Positions 47,325 to 59,561 of a stretch of 64,000 nt of DNA are shown here, in pieces; within the stretch, counting starts at the first letter, position 1, and each line of letters begins with the position of its first letter. Source of the DNA: Selaginella moellendorffii (taxonomy: Eukaryota > Plantae > Lycopodiophyta); assembly GCF_000143415.4 (NCBI RefSeq), contig NW_003314262.1, positions 2,363,046 through 2,427,045 on the forward strand, read 5' to 3'. The position numbers and the translations under genes were made by a program. The notes under the pieces were generated by a model. The model made no database searches, was not told the DNA's origin, and worked only from the letters and a program-made list of their open reading frames with translations.

Positions 47325-47852
47325 ATGAGTTTTAGTAAATTTATTTGCATGGTCTTTCTTATGTATTTCTCTGCTATAGAAGCAAAAACATGTGGGCAGT
47401 CTTGCAAAAAGAATGAAGATTGTGATGGTAAAATTGCATGTATGCATCATAAATGTGCTGATGACCCAGACCTACGAACTCATATTTGTGGTGGAACTCG
47501 AAAGGATGGACCACCAAAAGATGATGATGGTGGTGATGGCAAGCTTGGAAATTGTAATGATAGTTGTTCCAATAACGATCAATGCTTGGGAAAACTAGCT
47601 TGTATGGGTACTACTTGTGGAGATGATCCAGATGTGGGAACTTCTATTTGTGGTGGTGGTGGTGGTGGCAGTGGTGGTGGTGGCACAGCTGAACCACCAA
47701 GTGAAGATTTACCAGGCACTCCAAGTGATTCTTCACCATTCCCTGATGCTCCAGGATCCCCTATTCCATCACCAAAACCAAATGCCCCTCCATCGGGGAA
47801 GAAAAAAAGTCCTCCCCCTCCCAGGAAAAAATCACCTCCTCCAGCTGAGTGA
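47325..47852 (+). CDS. Secreted protein with two kissper-like modules and a Gly linker plus Pro/Ser/Lys-rich tail
   Basis: Signal MSFSKFICMVFLMYFSAIEA, two C-x3-C-x5-C-x5-C-x4-C-xDDP-x6-C modules, tail with SPPPP. TATA at 47254-47262. Confidence 0.88.
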   Translation: MSFSKFICMVFLMYFSAIEAKTCGQSCKKNEDCDGKIACMHHKCADDPDLRTHICGGTRKDGPPKDDDGGDGKLGNCNDSCSNNDQCLGKLACMGTTCGDDPDVGTSICGGGGGGSGGGGTAEPPSEDLPGTPSDSSPFPDAPGSPIPSPKPNAPPSGKKKSPPPPRKKSPPPAE

Positions 47853-50800
47853 GTTTTATTAATTCTTTCTTAATAAAAAGAATCTTAAGTTTAATTTGTA
47901 ATAAATTTCTCTTGAAATTTTTTAAATAAAAAAGTAAAAATTACAATTTTAAAAGAAATAGACTACAAATTAAGTTAATATTATTTTGTGACTTTTCACA
48001 TGAAAATATATCAATTGAAACACCATATCACATCCAATCAAATTGCCTGCTCAAGGGCAGGGTGAATCACTGCACTGTTCCACAGCTCATTCACTTCAAT
48101 AGCTAGAAGGGTTCCAATTGTCAACTTCTCATATACATAGATGACTCTTAGATGGGTATCCATAATGGAAACCATGAGTTAAGTTATATAATGTATGCAT
48201 AGATGCCACATGTGTATGTGAGATGCTAGGTGAGGAGGTAAATAACATTTTGTCCTCTTTCAGTTTTGCTTCCAAAAGTTTCTAGTGTGGAAGAAGTGAA
48301 GACAATGTTACACCCATAAGAAAAAAATTTGAACATTCAAGACTTTTTGGTTTGCTTAAGCAAAATTTGTAGAGGTGGTAGTGGATATACCTAAGATACT
48401 TGGATATTCTAGGATATTCTACCATCTAACGATTGTTATTTATTTAGTATTCTTGTATTTATAATTTACAAACATGTTTATAATTTAAAAGCTTTCCACT
48501 TTCTAGTATATTCTTATTTATTCTAATGGTAGATATGCAATAATATTAATCTTGATTTATAAATTATAAACATATTTATAATTATCGATCAATTAAATTA
48601 TGAATGACACTAAAACCAAGTGTTGCTACATGAAATGTGCAGCAAATTATTGTAAACAAGAGGATTTGCTAGTCTAGTCTCCACCTAATTACACCTCAAA
48701 ATTCTTGAGATGAAAACTACAGGATATCTAACAATCTACCTCCAAATTATAAAGCAAACATTATTATTCAATGTGGTGGGGTGTATACAGAAAAGTACCA
48801 ACAAAAGAGGTATTGAGTTAGGTTTGGAATAATGTAGTTATGAATTGTGTTAGCACAAACTAGAGTACCATTAACTCATGCTTCAATAGGATAAAAATTC
48901 TGTTGATAGGAAGTTTGTGAAGCATTGGCAATGCATGATCTCACAAGGCTATAGTAGAAGCATATGCTTATAATTCAAAGATGGATTTACACTAATGTAG
49001 AGCCTTACATACTATGCCATATGAACTATGAGTAAATTTTGTTGTAATTATCCAAGACTTAAACATTCCCTATGGTAGCATACTGCAACTTATATCATAT
49101 GAATTTTACGTTCATGCTTTGATATATGGGGCAACTCATTATATAGTCATTTGTGAGTTGTCAACCACCAAACAAACACATGCAATTTTCAACATATACA
49201 TGTGGGCTGTACATAAATTTGGTCAGCCTAGACACATTAGAAGTGACAATGCTCCTAAACATAATGTAATAGAGAATGCTATAGTATCTTGTTAGGGTCC
49301 TTAAGGTAGGAACTTTATTCATGGGATGTCGACAAGAAGCCAATTTTGCCCCTAATATTTTATTATGCATATTCATCACCACCAACCTCCCTATTTCCTA
49401 GCACATTGAGCACTTTTGGCATAAATTCTATAAGTGTGTGGTGTGATTCTATAATATTCAAATGTATGGAGGATATTGGAATATTAAATATTTCTAACAC
49501 GTGGCACAAGCAAAGTCTACAATGTGTTTTTGCACCATCTCTTACGAAAGACATATCTTGCTGGGTTGCCATGTGGAATTTACATGAGGTGCATCCATAT
49601 CATTGAGTTCTTCAAGTTGTCTGATGATCTATTAAACTTGTTCAAGCCATGATATGCATAAACATTATATAATCATTCTTTAAGATTTATAAATGTTGAA
49701 GGTATGACTCTTTTGGTCTATATTGACACTGCTCTTCCTTCTACAACATCAATCAAGAGGCAAGCACTTTAGAAAGTGCAAGTAACATTGTTTCAAACAA
49801 ACTAACAACTAAGCCTTTTTATTAATTAAGATTCTTTTTTTTTAGTTTCCACATGTTTGCTTGGCTGAAACACATGTCCAAATTGTACCCAACCAGGCCT
49901 TAATATTGATTCTCTTGGTTTTGAATTATAGGGATTGCAATTGCATGAGCTTGATGGATATCCCACCTGTGTGGATCATTGTATTGAAACTTTATTATGA
50001 TTTTGAAAGAAACCTAGCATGGCCATTATTCTAGAGTTTACCAATCAAATCAATTTTTCTCTAGTAGTGATTTAATGCATCTTGGAATTTGTGATCAATT
50101 GCAAAAATTATTAGGAAATAATTCCCTCCTGCCTCAACCAAAAATATTTCAGCTTTCTCTAGTGTTTGAATTATCATATATTTATTTTTATAAAGAAAGT
50201 GGAGCTTCAATCTTGCATTTCAATCACAACACTACATGATAAACTTTTTGCACTTCCTCTCCTCTCCATAACAAGCCTACATAAATAAAGACCTAATGAG
50301 AATAAATGGAGGTAGAGGTAATTTGACTCTAAACAATGCCAAGAACAATATTTTAGATGATTCTAGCAATCCTCTCAATCTTCCCTCCATCTCCAATTTA
50401 CAAATTACACATGCAGGCTTGGTTCTAATGGTCTTGTTTATATATGAGCATATAGAGTGTAGTTTGCTGATGCATCAACTTAAACAGGTAATAACCTTCC
50501 ACCAAGTCTCTCTTTCAATCAAATCATAAGTCGCTCTCCACAGGATCTGGATGTAAGTTCCAAGGATTGAGCACTCTACTAACCCAATGAACTCAATAAT
50601 TTTTTAGTGGCACTTGTAGCACCCCAACACAATTGCTAGATATGCAATAAATGCCACCACTGGCAAGTATAGATAACCCCAACATGACTGTTACAAATGC
50701 AATGAATACCACCACTAGGTTAACAAGGCCATATTGCACTAGGTAGTAGCAATTCCTTTGTAGTCTGGATGACTCAATCTGTGTTGGTAGGAGCTTGGAA

Positions 50801-53737
50801 TTACCATGCCATCCTCTTGGTATTCCAGATGCCTGATTTTATTTGCTCCCAATCTGGCTTAAGTGGAGAACCAACTTTATGGTGTCTCAAAGAGGATTCA
50901 AACTATATTCTTCCTTAAAGAGAGTTGCTAATGTAAATGTTTTCCAATTTTTTTGGATTTTTAATTCTTAATTGCATCTTGGTTTGCAAGAACCTTTGGC
51001 CATCCCACCCCAACTATTAGTACAAAAAGATATTGTTTGCTCAATACATATAATTATTTTTTTTATATTTATTAAGTGTTATCTTCTTTAGTTCTTGCCA
51101 TGTAGACATATGCATGGGAGGTCTAAATACCTATCCAAGTTCTTGGGAGTTTATAATGGTGTCAAGTGCACTAATTTCTCGTCCTGTGAAAATGAATCTT
51201 ATAGAGGAAAATGTTGTTATTTCTACGGCCTAGACTTTGCAACTCTATGGGAAACAAAGGTAGCCAATAAAGAAAATTTTGAAACTCAAATATTAAAGCA
51301 TTTGTCTAGCAATTAAAAAAATTTAGTAGGCCATTTAGATGCAATAAAATATGGGTTTACCTCATACAAGCTATGATATTTGTCTCCATTTGCAACTTGA
51401 TCATTGATTTGCAACAAGTCAAGCCACCACAAATCCACTAATAACATTAGATTGCTTACTAAAAGTAAACACGTTCTCTAATGAAGAAGGAAAAACAACT
51501 AAAAGATAAGAATCAAAATCAAAATTATTTATATTATTTATCACCCATTGCAATGCATGTTTTTTTAGGGGTTAAGAGCCCATGATAAATATTAAGCCCC
51601 CACCACTAACTCCTAAAGAGCAATTACCACTAATGGACATAATCAAAGCACTAGTAGTGGAGAGGCTCAAGTTTATTGTTGCCAATGATAAAGATAATGA
51701 GCAAAAGGAAAAAAAAATAGATTATATAAAACATAAATACACAAAGAGCATGATGAAACAAAATTTTCCTATCTCAAACATTCCCACCTTCAGAAGCTAA
51801 TATCAGTAAGTTTTTCTTTCCTTCCTCACCCAAGTCCTCACTAAAAGCATTTTTTACTCTTGTGGTGGTCTTGAATAGTGATGACTATTTTGTATTAGAA
51901 AATCTTACACCACCTTTTGGCAATGAAAACCACTAAACATCATTCCCACTACCAAAAATGTTTCACTCAATAACAACTTAAGTATAAGTAGTTTAGTTAT
52001 GGAGCACTTAATATGTAATGTTGTTAATTCATGTAGTTTTGAGTCGATAAACACTACCATGGGTTGCAACAACACATTAGAGCTTGCCATACAACCTGAG
52101 GCTATTGACAACATGGGTAATTTCCAAGAAACGTGAGTTATAGATTATGCACTGTCAATTTGGAGCTTGTAGTAGTGAATGATTTTGACTTCATGGCACG
52201 TATATGTTAGCTGAAGCACAATGTGCTTGAAACATATTGCATGTCAACACAAGAAAGCGAAGATCAGTTGGAAATACTAAGAGACCATAAAGAGTTCAAG
52301 TGGCTTGGTGGGGGAATAATTCCTCTAATGTATTGTTAATACCAATTCTATGCTATATTAGCAAGAATGGAAATTGGTTCTCAATTGGCTTAGAGTGGAT
52401 GAGGGTAAGTTTGAAGACTTGTTTTACTCATGAGTTATAAAGCTACTTTTACCTCAAACTAGACACAATATTATGACTTCAATATTGGAGATGAGTGCTA
52501 TATAATTCTATGAGTGAAGGTAAACCATTACTTTTTTGCCTTATTATGATAGTTAGTTTATATATTTATAGGCTCCACCATTGCAATAAGGACAAGGTTG
52601 ATAAGTTTTGAGAACTATATAAAAATACTGACACTCTATACTACTAATTCTCAAGGTTTTTAATGCAAAACGTGATGAGCATAGACCATATAAAAGAGCA
52701 TAGGGAAAATTAAAATCTACAGATCTATTGATGAGATTTACAAATAAAAAATGGAAACTAGCCTCATACAATTCAAATTTGTAGATAGCTCCCTAGAATG
52801 AGTTTAAATATTTCCAATTTGCCTTTAAGTCAAAATTGCAAAGTCTCAACTCAAAGGTGGTATATGCTTATAAACTTTATGGAGCCTTGGTTTGGGAAAT
52901 GATAACTATCAAAGCAAGGGGGCCATAAAAGAATGTTGTTTGTGAAGTAATGCTATAAAAATGAAAATGCATTGCTCATGGCTTTGCTGCCACCCTCTTC
53001 CCACAAGTTGGTTACCTACTTAAAATGAAGTCATAATTTGGGACATTTGAAGCTATAAGTAGTCTAACCATAAAATTTAGGCATAACTAAAGTTATAGCA
53101 TCAATAATCACAATCAATCTTTACAATTAAACCGAGATATAAAGGTTTAAAAGATATATTCTATTTAAAGTATCTTTAAATAAATATATGGGAGAAAAAC
53201 ATTATTAGTAAATTAAATTTTTCTCTTTTTAAGTTATAATAGTTTAATTTAAAGGAAGAGTTTCCCACAAAAAACTAAGACTATGAAAATGAATTAAACT
53301 AATAAAAATTACTTCACAATGTTGTGCTGGTGCCAAAGTTTCTCTGCTTGACATTGTTATAACATGATTGAGTGGTGAGAGTCACTACTTATTAAAGGCA
53401 CTAAATATAATAAATTCATACATTTAGCTAATAATATAGAAACTGAATTTTTTTAAATGATCCATTTAGCACTAATTTAAAAGACTCTTGCATTAACTAA
53501 AGCCATTAATTAGCTGTGAAGTGTAATTTATCTGTGTGAAGTGCCCAATATTGTATATTATAAATGTCCAAATTAGGCTTCTTTAATTCTGGTCAAAGTC
53601 AATAGTCATATCTAAAAGGTATTCAAACATGGAAGCTAATGCAGAATTTGGCATGATTGCAAATATAAAATAAATTAACTCTATATAAAAGGCTATGTAT
53701 GAGGGCTCTAAACAAGTCTTCAAACATAACATTTGCA

Positions 53738-54268
53738 ATGAGATATACAATCTTGGTTGCATCTTTTCTTCTCACCTGTCTCTACACTGTTGTGGATGCT
53801 AAAAAATGTGGAGCTTCATGTAACAAAGATGATGATTGCGATGGTAAGATTGCATGCATGGATAATGTTTGTGCAGATGACCCAAATATGAACACTCACA
53901 TATGTGGTGGTAGTCGCAAAGAAGGGCCAGCAAAAAGTGGTAGTGGTGGCAATGGTGCTAGCCTTGGCAAATGTGGCACATCATGTTCCAGTAACGACGA
54001 ATGTTCTGGAAAACTAGCATGCATGAGCAGCTTTTGTGGGGATGATCCTGATGTGGGAACTTCCATCTGTGGCAGCAATGGCAATGATAATAGTGGCAGT
54101 AACACTGGCAATAAGAACCCAACTCCTCCAGACACTCCATTCCCTAATATTCCTGATCCAGATATGCCACTCCCCAGTTCTCCCAATGAAGGTCCATCTA
54201 CTAGTGACTCTCCATCTCTTCCAAAGAAACCCCCTCCAGGGAAACCCAAGTATCCAGTGCCATATTAG
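53738..54268 (+). CDS. Secreted protein with two kissper-like modules and a Pro-rich tail (paralog of 47325-47852)
   Basis: Signal MRYTILVASFLLTCLYTVVDA, CGASCNKDDDCDGKIACMDNVCADDP...HIC and a second module, tail ending KPKYPVPY. TATA at 53682-53690. Confidence 0.88.
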   Translation: MRYTILVASFLLTCLYTVVDAKKCGASCNKDDDCDGKIACMDNVCADDPNMNTHICGGSRKEGPAKSGSGGNGASLGKCGTSCSSNDECSGKLACMSSFCGDDPDVGTSICGSNGNDNSGSNTGNKNPTPPDTPFPNIPDPDMPLPSSPNEGPSTSDSPSLPKKPPPGKPKYPVPY

Positions 54269-54353
54269 TTTTGATCTGTTCCTATTGAAATAAAAAAAAG
54301 AGTGGGGTTTTGATTAAAAATATGTTGTTGTGAAATGCTAATAAACACACCTG

Positions 54354-56300
54354 TTACATGCCAAGCCGGGCTAGCGCATCACTAATGGTACTCATGTCCC
54401 AAATCACCACCTTCCCATCCATGCCTGCATAAAACAAATGCCAGGGGTTACATTAGCAACGCTTTGAGCTTGATCTACAGTTGCTTCGTACCAGAAGTGC
54501 TAAATTTTCGTATCTCCTGCTCTCCAGGTGGAGCTAGTGGATTAAGAAGTCTGCACATGAAACAACACTCGGTACCAGTAACTACAAAAGCCGAGTGATA
54601 CTCACGTAATGCAATTGTTGTGATAAGTTCCTGGAGCACTCGAGGGAGATTCAGCGGCAACACCACGCTTAGCTTGCCCATAGAATTTCCCAAACGCTTC
54701 AGAAAACTGCCAAAATCAATCCGTCGGTTTACAATAAACCAAAACTGACCCGTCTTACTTGTGTCGAAGCTTTAACGTCTGATGCGGGTGTCTTCCCTTC
54801 ATCCAGAAAACGAACAAAGTTCCTAAAAAATATGTAGCTTCAAAATTGTATCAAATTCTCTCAATACTAACCATGTTCCTGTATCATCAGACGCAAAAAG
54901 CATTGGGTTGCAATCAAAACCACCAGCGACTAGACGTTTCTCTGATAGAAACAAAACCTGAAAGAAAAATGGAAAGAGAGAGTTAGAAACAAAAACGCTT
55001 CAGACATAAACCCGCATACATCACGTAGAGGTAGGTCCCTGAGTGCTAATGTCTGAGCGATTGGTGAAGGACCAACGTCATCTATAAAATGAATAGTTGA
55101 ATCGTGGCCTAGAACATAAAAATTAGAAGAGGCATTCAAAGCTAGAAGCATGCTTCTCCTTACCAACATATGCCAAACTCCTCCCACTGGGTGACCATTT
55201 AACTCCGAAAGCCCACCCCAATGCCAAATCCAGCTGCACCAATTGCTGCAATAAAACCGCAAAGAATAAACTTCTAAACACCTTTATCCTGAATAAAGCT
55301 CCTACCTCCCCAAACCGAATCTCTCCAAACGTTGTAGTTGCAGCGCTCCTACAGTTGATAGAGTCATTACAAAAGAAAACAAAGCGAAACGGAGAGCGGA
55401 CCTGGAATCAACACCCTTGATGTACGCAGAAAAAATCCTGCACTTGCAGTCAGTAGATGTCGTAGCTAGTAGCACCTGCAATCTAAACGAACGTTTGGCA
55501 TAAGGTTCTTACAGCTGAAAACAAAAGAAAACAACATTATTGGGATGCCATGCGACACCAGTCACTGTGGAGCCGTGCTTCTTCCTGATTATCTTGCTCA
55601 CCCACCTGGGAAAAGTTGTGTTACAAAACTAGAATTCAAAACAGACAAAGACAGCAGACCAGTTATTATCTTCCTCGTAGTAGCAAACGCAGACGCTCTT
55701 CGCACCACTAGCAACAGCAAATTTGTTCTCTGGGAACATCGAACCCCGTTTAAGTAACGAAAACTAGCAAAGCCTCTTACCTCTGGGGCTCCACTTCACA
55801 GATATAGCAGCACGATTTATCCGCAATATAACCAGCGTGGGCTGCCATACATTCTCTTCTAGCTTCCAGACGTAGCTGCAGAAGAGGTGAAAAACATCAG
55901 AAAAAGGGACAAAGAAAAACCCGAAGTACGCATCAACTTACGAATTCCTATCGTGAGAAACAGTGACAATGTAGTTCGAGACAGGTGCCCAATCAACTCC
56001 TGAAACGAGCTGATCGTGCTAAAGCCACAAAAGAGAATGAGATAGCAAGAGCGAGATTTCCACCTCGTTACTTACCTTTTGAAGGACGTGGAGTCGCTGC
56101 CACACAGCGCTTGGAGCTGGCGAGGCATTGTAAATGTGGACTTCGTTATTCGTGCAAACCGCGATCACTGCGAAGAACACACATTGTTTGATGTAAAATT
56201 AAAACGCGCAAGAGGAGGAAGAATTCTTACTTGTCAGATCCACATTCCAGGCGTGGCCGCTGATGCATTGCGCCAATTGATGCGACGCCACAGCAACCAT
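54354..56300 (-). CDS. ARPC1: Arp2/3 complex subunit 1 (WD40, p41)
   Basis: [30 protein letters not shown]-type exon, [40 protein letters not shown]. Confidence 0.92.
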
Positions 56301-56619
56301 ATCTGCAGAGCGCAAAATCTCACCCATTGTGATCACGCGCGTTGAGCAGAGAAAGAATTGAGAGAAGGAATGCCGAGACCTAAGAGATCTAACACTATTT
56401 CCTGGCAAGTTCTAGAGCAATATTTTATCAGCGCGAAGCAAGCGATCTTCCCACTAAACAAATGCGCTAGCTAGCTAGCGATCATACCTGACAGCGATCA
56501 GCAATCTTCCAGATCGAGACAAAATCCGTGCGTGCGCGCTGTCGCCTTGCGCTGTCCCAGCCCTATCTAGAACCAAAAACCCTAGCAAAGTACTTGGAGA
56601 GTTCCTAATAGAAAGACCT

Positions 56620-57941
56620 TTAGTATTCTTCCAGATCGTCATCCTCGAAAACCGGCCTTCCCCACACGATTAATTCCGGGCGAAGGCGGCGAAAGAACTC
56701 CTCGTCTTCTTCGTCGCGAAAGAATTCCTCGACCTCCTCCTCTTCTTTCTCTTCTTCTATCGGTTTCGAGAGGCTCTTGAGCACGAAGCTTTTGGGATCT
56801 TTGATCTCGAAGTCGTACCGCTGGAGCGATCTGCCTTGCGCCGATACGTGACAGATGCTGCCACGAAGAGGAGAAGATCAGATCATCAGCGTGACACGAA
56901 ACGAGAAACGGAGAAAGGACGAGAAAAAAGAAATGCTAGAGCTTACCAGATGTAATAGAGCTGATCCGTGGATTGTTTTTGGACACGCCCGATGAGCTCC
57001 ACCTGGAAGATTCCACCGATGCACACGACCGGCCTTGGAAGACGAAATGTCTGCAGTGAATCAGCCTGTTCACGCAAAAACAAGAGAGAAGCTTAAAACC
57101 TTCTATATATCACAACACTAGTCCATACCTGTTCCACGGGATACATCGGCGAAACATACTTCCAAACGTAGTTCCCATCGGGGTGAGGATTGCTCCAAGA
57201 GTGTCCACCAGGAGCACGGCAAGCCTGGTATCCAAAGTAGAATCGAACGAATTTCGGCGAGTAGATTGGGCTGCCGTATTGAAAGAAAGCTGCAGCGCAT
57301 ATTGCAAAGTTAGAACTTTGAAAAGAGAAAGAAAGGAAGTACAAGCACACCTTCAAAAGGTCTCAACTTTATCTCCTCCACGACACACAGAGGTGTGACC
57401 ATCCGGTAAGTCAAGAACTCTGGAACAGTTTCCAATTTCTGGCCTGTGCTAGACCAGTACGACGGCGAGCCTGACGAGAGCCGCTTCGGGTGTGGATAGA
57501 GCGTCTGAATTACCTCCTCATTGGGATTGTCGGTGCTCGAAGCATGCAGTGCATTCCAGATGTAGCTGCTCCTCGTCGACGATGTCCTCATCAGGGAGTA
57601 GTAGAAGTCACAGAACACCTTGTGCTCGCGTCTCAGAATGTCCTCCTCAGACCGCGATTTAGAAAGCTCTACAGTAGTACAGTCGACACCGCTGGATTGC
57701 TCAGCCACCTCCCGAAACACTTCCAGCTCTGGAAATCGGATCATGCACAGCCGCCTCCAAAGTCGGCCATCAACAACTGCGGCACGACAATTAGCCAAAA
57801 CTCGAGCGCCTCAAGGGACAAGATCCTACCGAGTCTGTGCCACGAGCGGCACACTGCACCGGCACGGGCGACATCCTCGTCGGTATCCAAGCACCCAAGA
57901 ATCTGTAACATCGTGTCGTCATCCAGCCGCTTCACATCCAT
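56620..57941 (-). CDS. F-box protein (At4g00755-like)
   Basis: N-terminal F-box (LDDDTMLQILGCL...VCRSW), ASSTDNPNE...SYWSSTGQ, PIYSPKFVRF, FRLPRPVVCIGGIFQVELIGRVQK; acidic tail. Confidence 0.88.
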
Positions 57942-58047
57942 AGCTCAATGCCCTGGAAAGCTGAATTCTAAATTCCGAGCCCCGAAAGGCGAGAAAACCT
58001 CATACCTGTAGCGTACGACGATTTTATTGTCGCAAACCGACCAGCGT

Positions 58048-59292
58048 CTACGTACGGATCTCCTTCTTTGGGTTCCTCAGTGCTGCGAGCATGTACAAAG
58101 CACCCGCGAGATTCACAACTCCAACCTAAAGACGAAAGAAAAATAAAAAACCCTTTTGTGATTGTACGTAATGGTAAAAGACTTACAATGAGAAGAGGCG
58201 GTGGACAGGCACCGCGGCTGACAAGCCACGAAAAGCTGAGGAAGAGGAACTGCGAGAGGCATACCAAGTTGGTTAGTCAGTTACTTTGAGAATAACTTCC
58301 TTTTCATCTTTCGAGGTCGAGAAAAACTCACGATGCGTCCGGCGACAGTGGAAGCATAAAAGGCCGAGGATCCATGGAAGCCAAGGCTGTCACCAAGCGA
58401 AGTTCCCAAGTAATAGATACCAAAAACCTTGAAAGTCACAAATTGTAAGCGGCACATACCATTCCTTGTTTGCTTACCACTGCCAGAATTCCTGTTGCTT
58501 GAATCCATCCCCGTGCTACAGGTTCCAGCCTGAAAAGAAGACCTGCATGTAGCATGATCAAAATCACGACACGAGATTGATATACTTGTCTCACCAAAGA
58601 GCGTCTCTGGGAAAACGAAGAAACAAATCCCAGCTATGGAGATGTAGATCCCGGTGAAAAAAGCAGCTCGGGCAGGCCTCGACAAGCGAGCAAAGATACT
58701 TTTAACGTGATCCCGTTCTACGCTGCACAGGCACAAGGTTTTCTCAAAAGCAAAAAATCTGCACAAACTTTGAGACCTTGTCGAAGCCATCGCTATGAAT
58801 GCCTCTCCACCGCCGGGCTTACGCACACAAACGTCTGGATTGTTGGCGATCTCGATCGCAGAAGAAAATCCCCGGCCAAGAGAGAAAACAATCGACTCCT
58901 TGCCATTTCGTCCAGCTTGGCAAATCCCTTCCAAGCTTCCCAGAACGATCACATCCCCGTCCGCACGAACAGCGCCTCCTCTTTCGATGTTTCCAAACAC
59001 CTGAAGTCCAGCCAAGAACAAGAAGAGAAAATTCCAACTTAGCCAAGAACAAGAAGAGAAAGAAAATCCATACCACCACACCACCCGAATGCTCGACGAT
59101 CTCGCCGCGATTCACCGATCTCCTGACGAACAGGCAATGCTCCAGCGAAGAATCGAGCAAGGAGCTGCCGCCGGCAGCCGCAGCACAAGAAATCCGCGAA
59201 AAATCTCGAGAATTCGTCCCCTTATGCGATAATCCATGCCAGAAGCTCGATCGCGGCGGAGCGCAGCACGGCCGCCCCAAGAGAAGCGCCAT
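58048..59292 (-). CDS. Plastid-targeted protein with a MinC C-terminal-like domain fused to a multi-pass membrane domain
   Basis: Transit peptide, then spliced FVRRSVNRGEIVEHSGGVVVFGNIERGGAVRADGDVIVLGSLEGICQAG (MinC_C beta-helix pattern), then about 4-5 hydrophobic segments ending LAALRNPKKEIRT*. Confidence 0.8.
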
Positions 59293-59561
59293 AGCCCTAG
59301 ATTCAAAAACATGGTTCATGGATCGATCATACGAGTCTAGACGCATCCAGGCCGTCCGTTGGGCCTTAGGGTAGAGAGGGCTGTTTCGTCGCCGCGAGGG
59401 TTTTGGCGAGGGTTTTCAAGGCGCCTCCGCGCGGATCGCTCGATCACGGCACTGCTGAGGTGAGTAGAATCGACAGCGCAATGTGTGGATGATCGCAAAT
59501 TTTGGCTGCTTTTCTCCACGGCTTTCTCAGATCTGGCGGTTTTCTTGATTCTAGGGGTGAA

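Noticed and set aside
48000-53600. Genes or a classifiable transposon in the AT-rich spacer
   Set aside because: Only short ORFs with no recognisable motifs. Probably decayed repeats that I cannot classify by eye.
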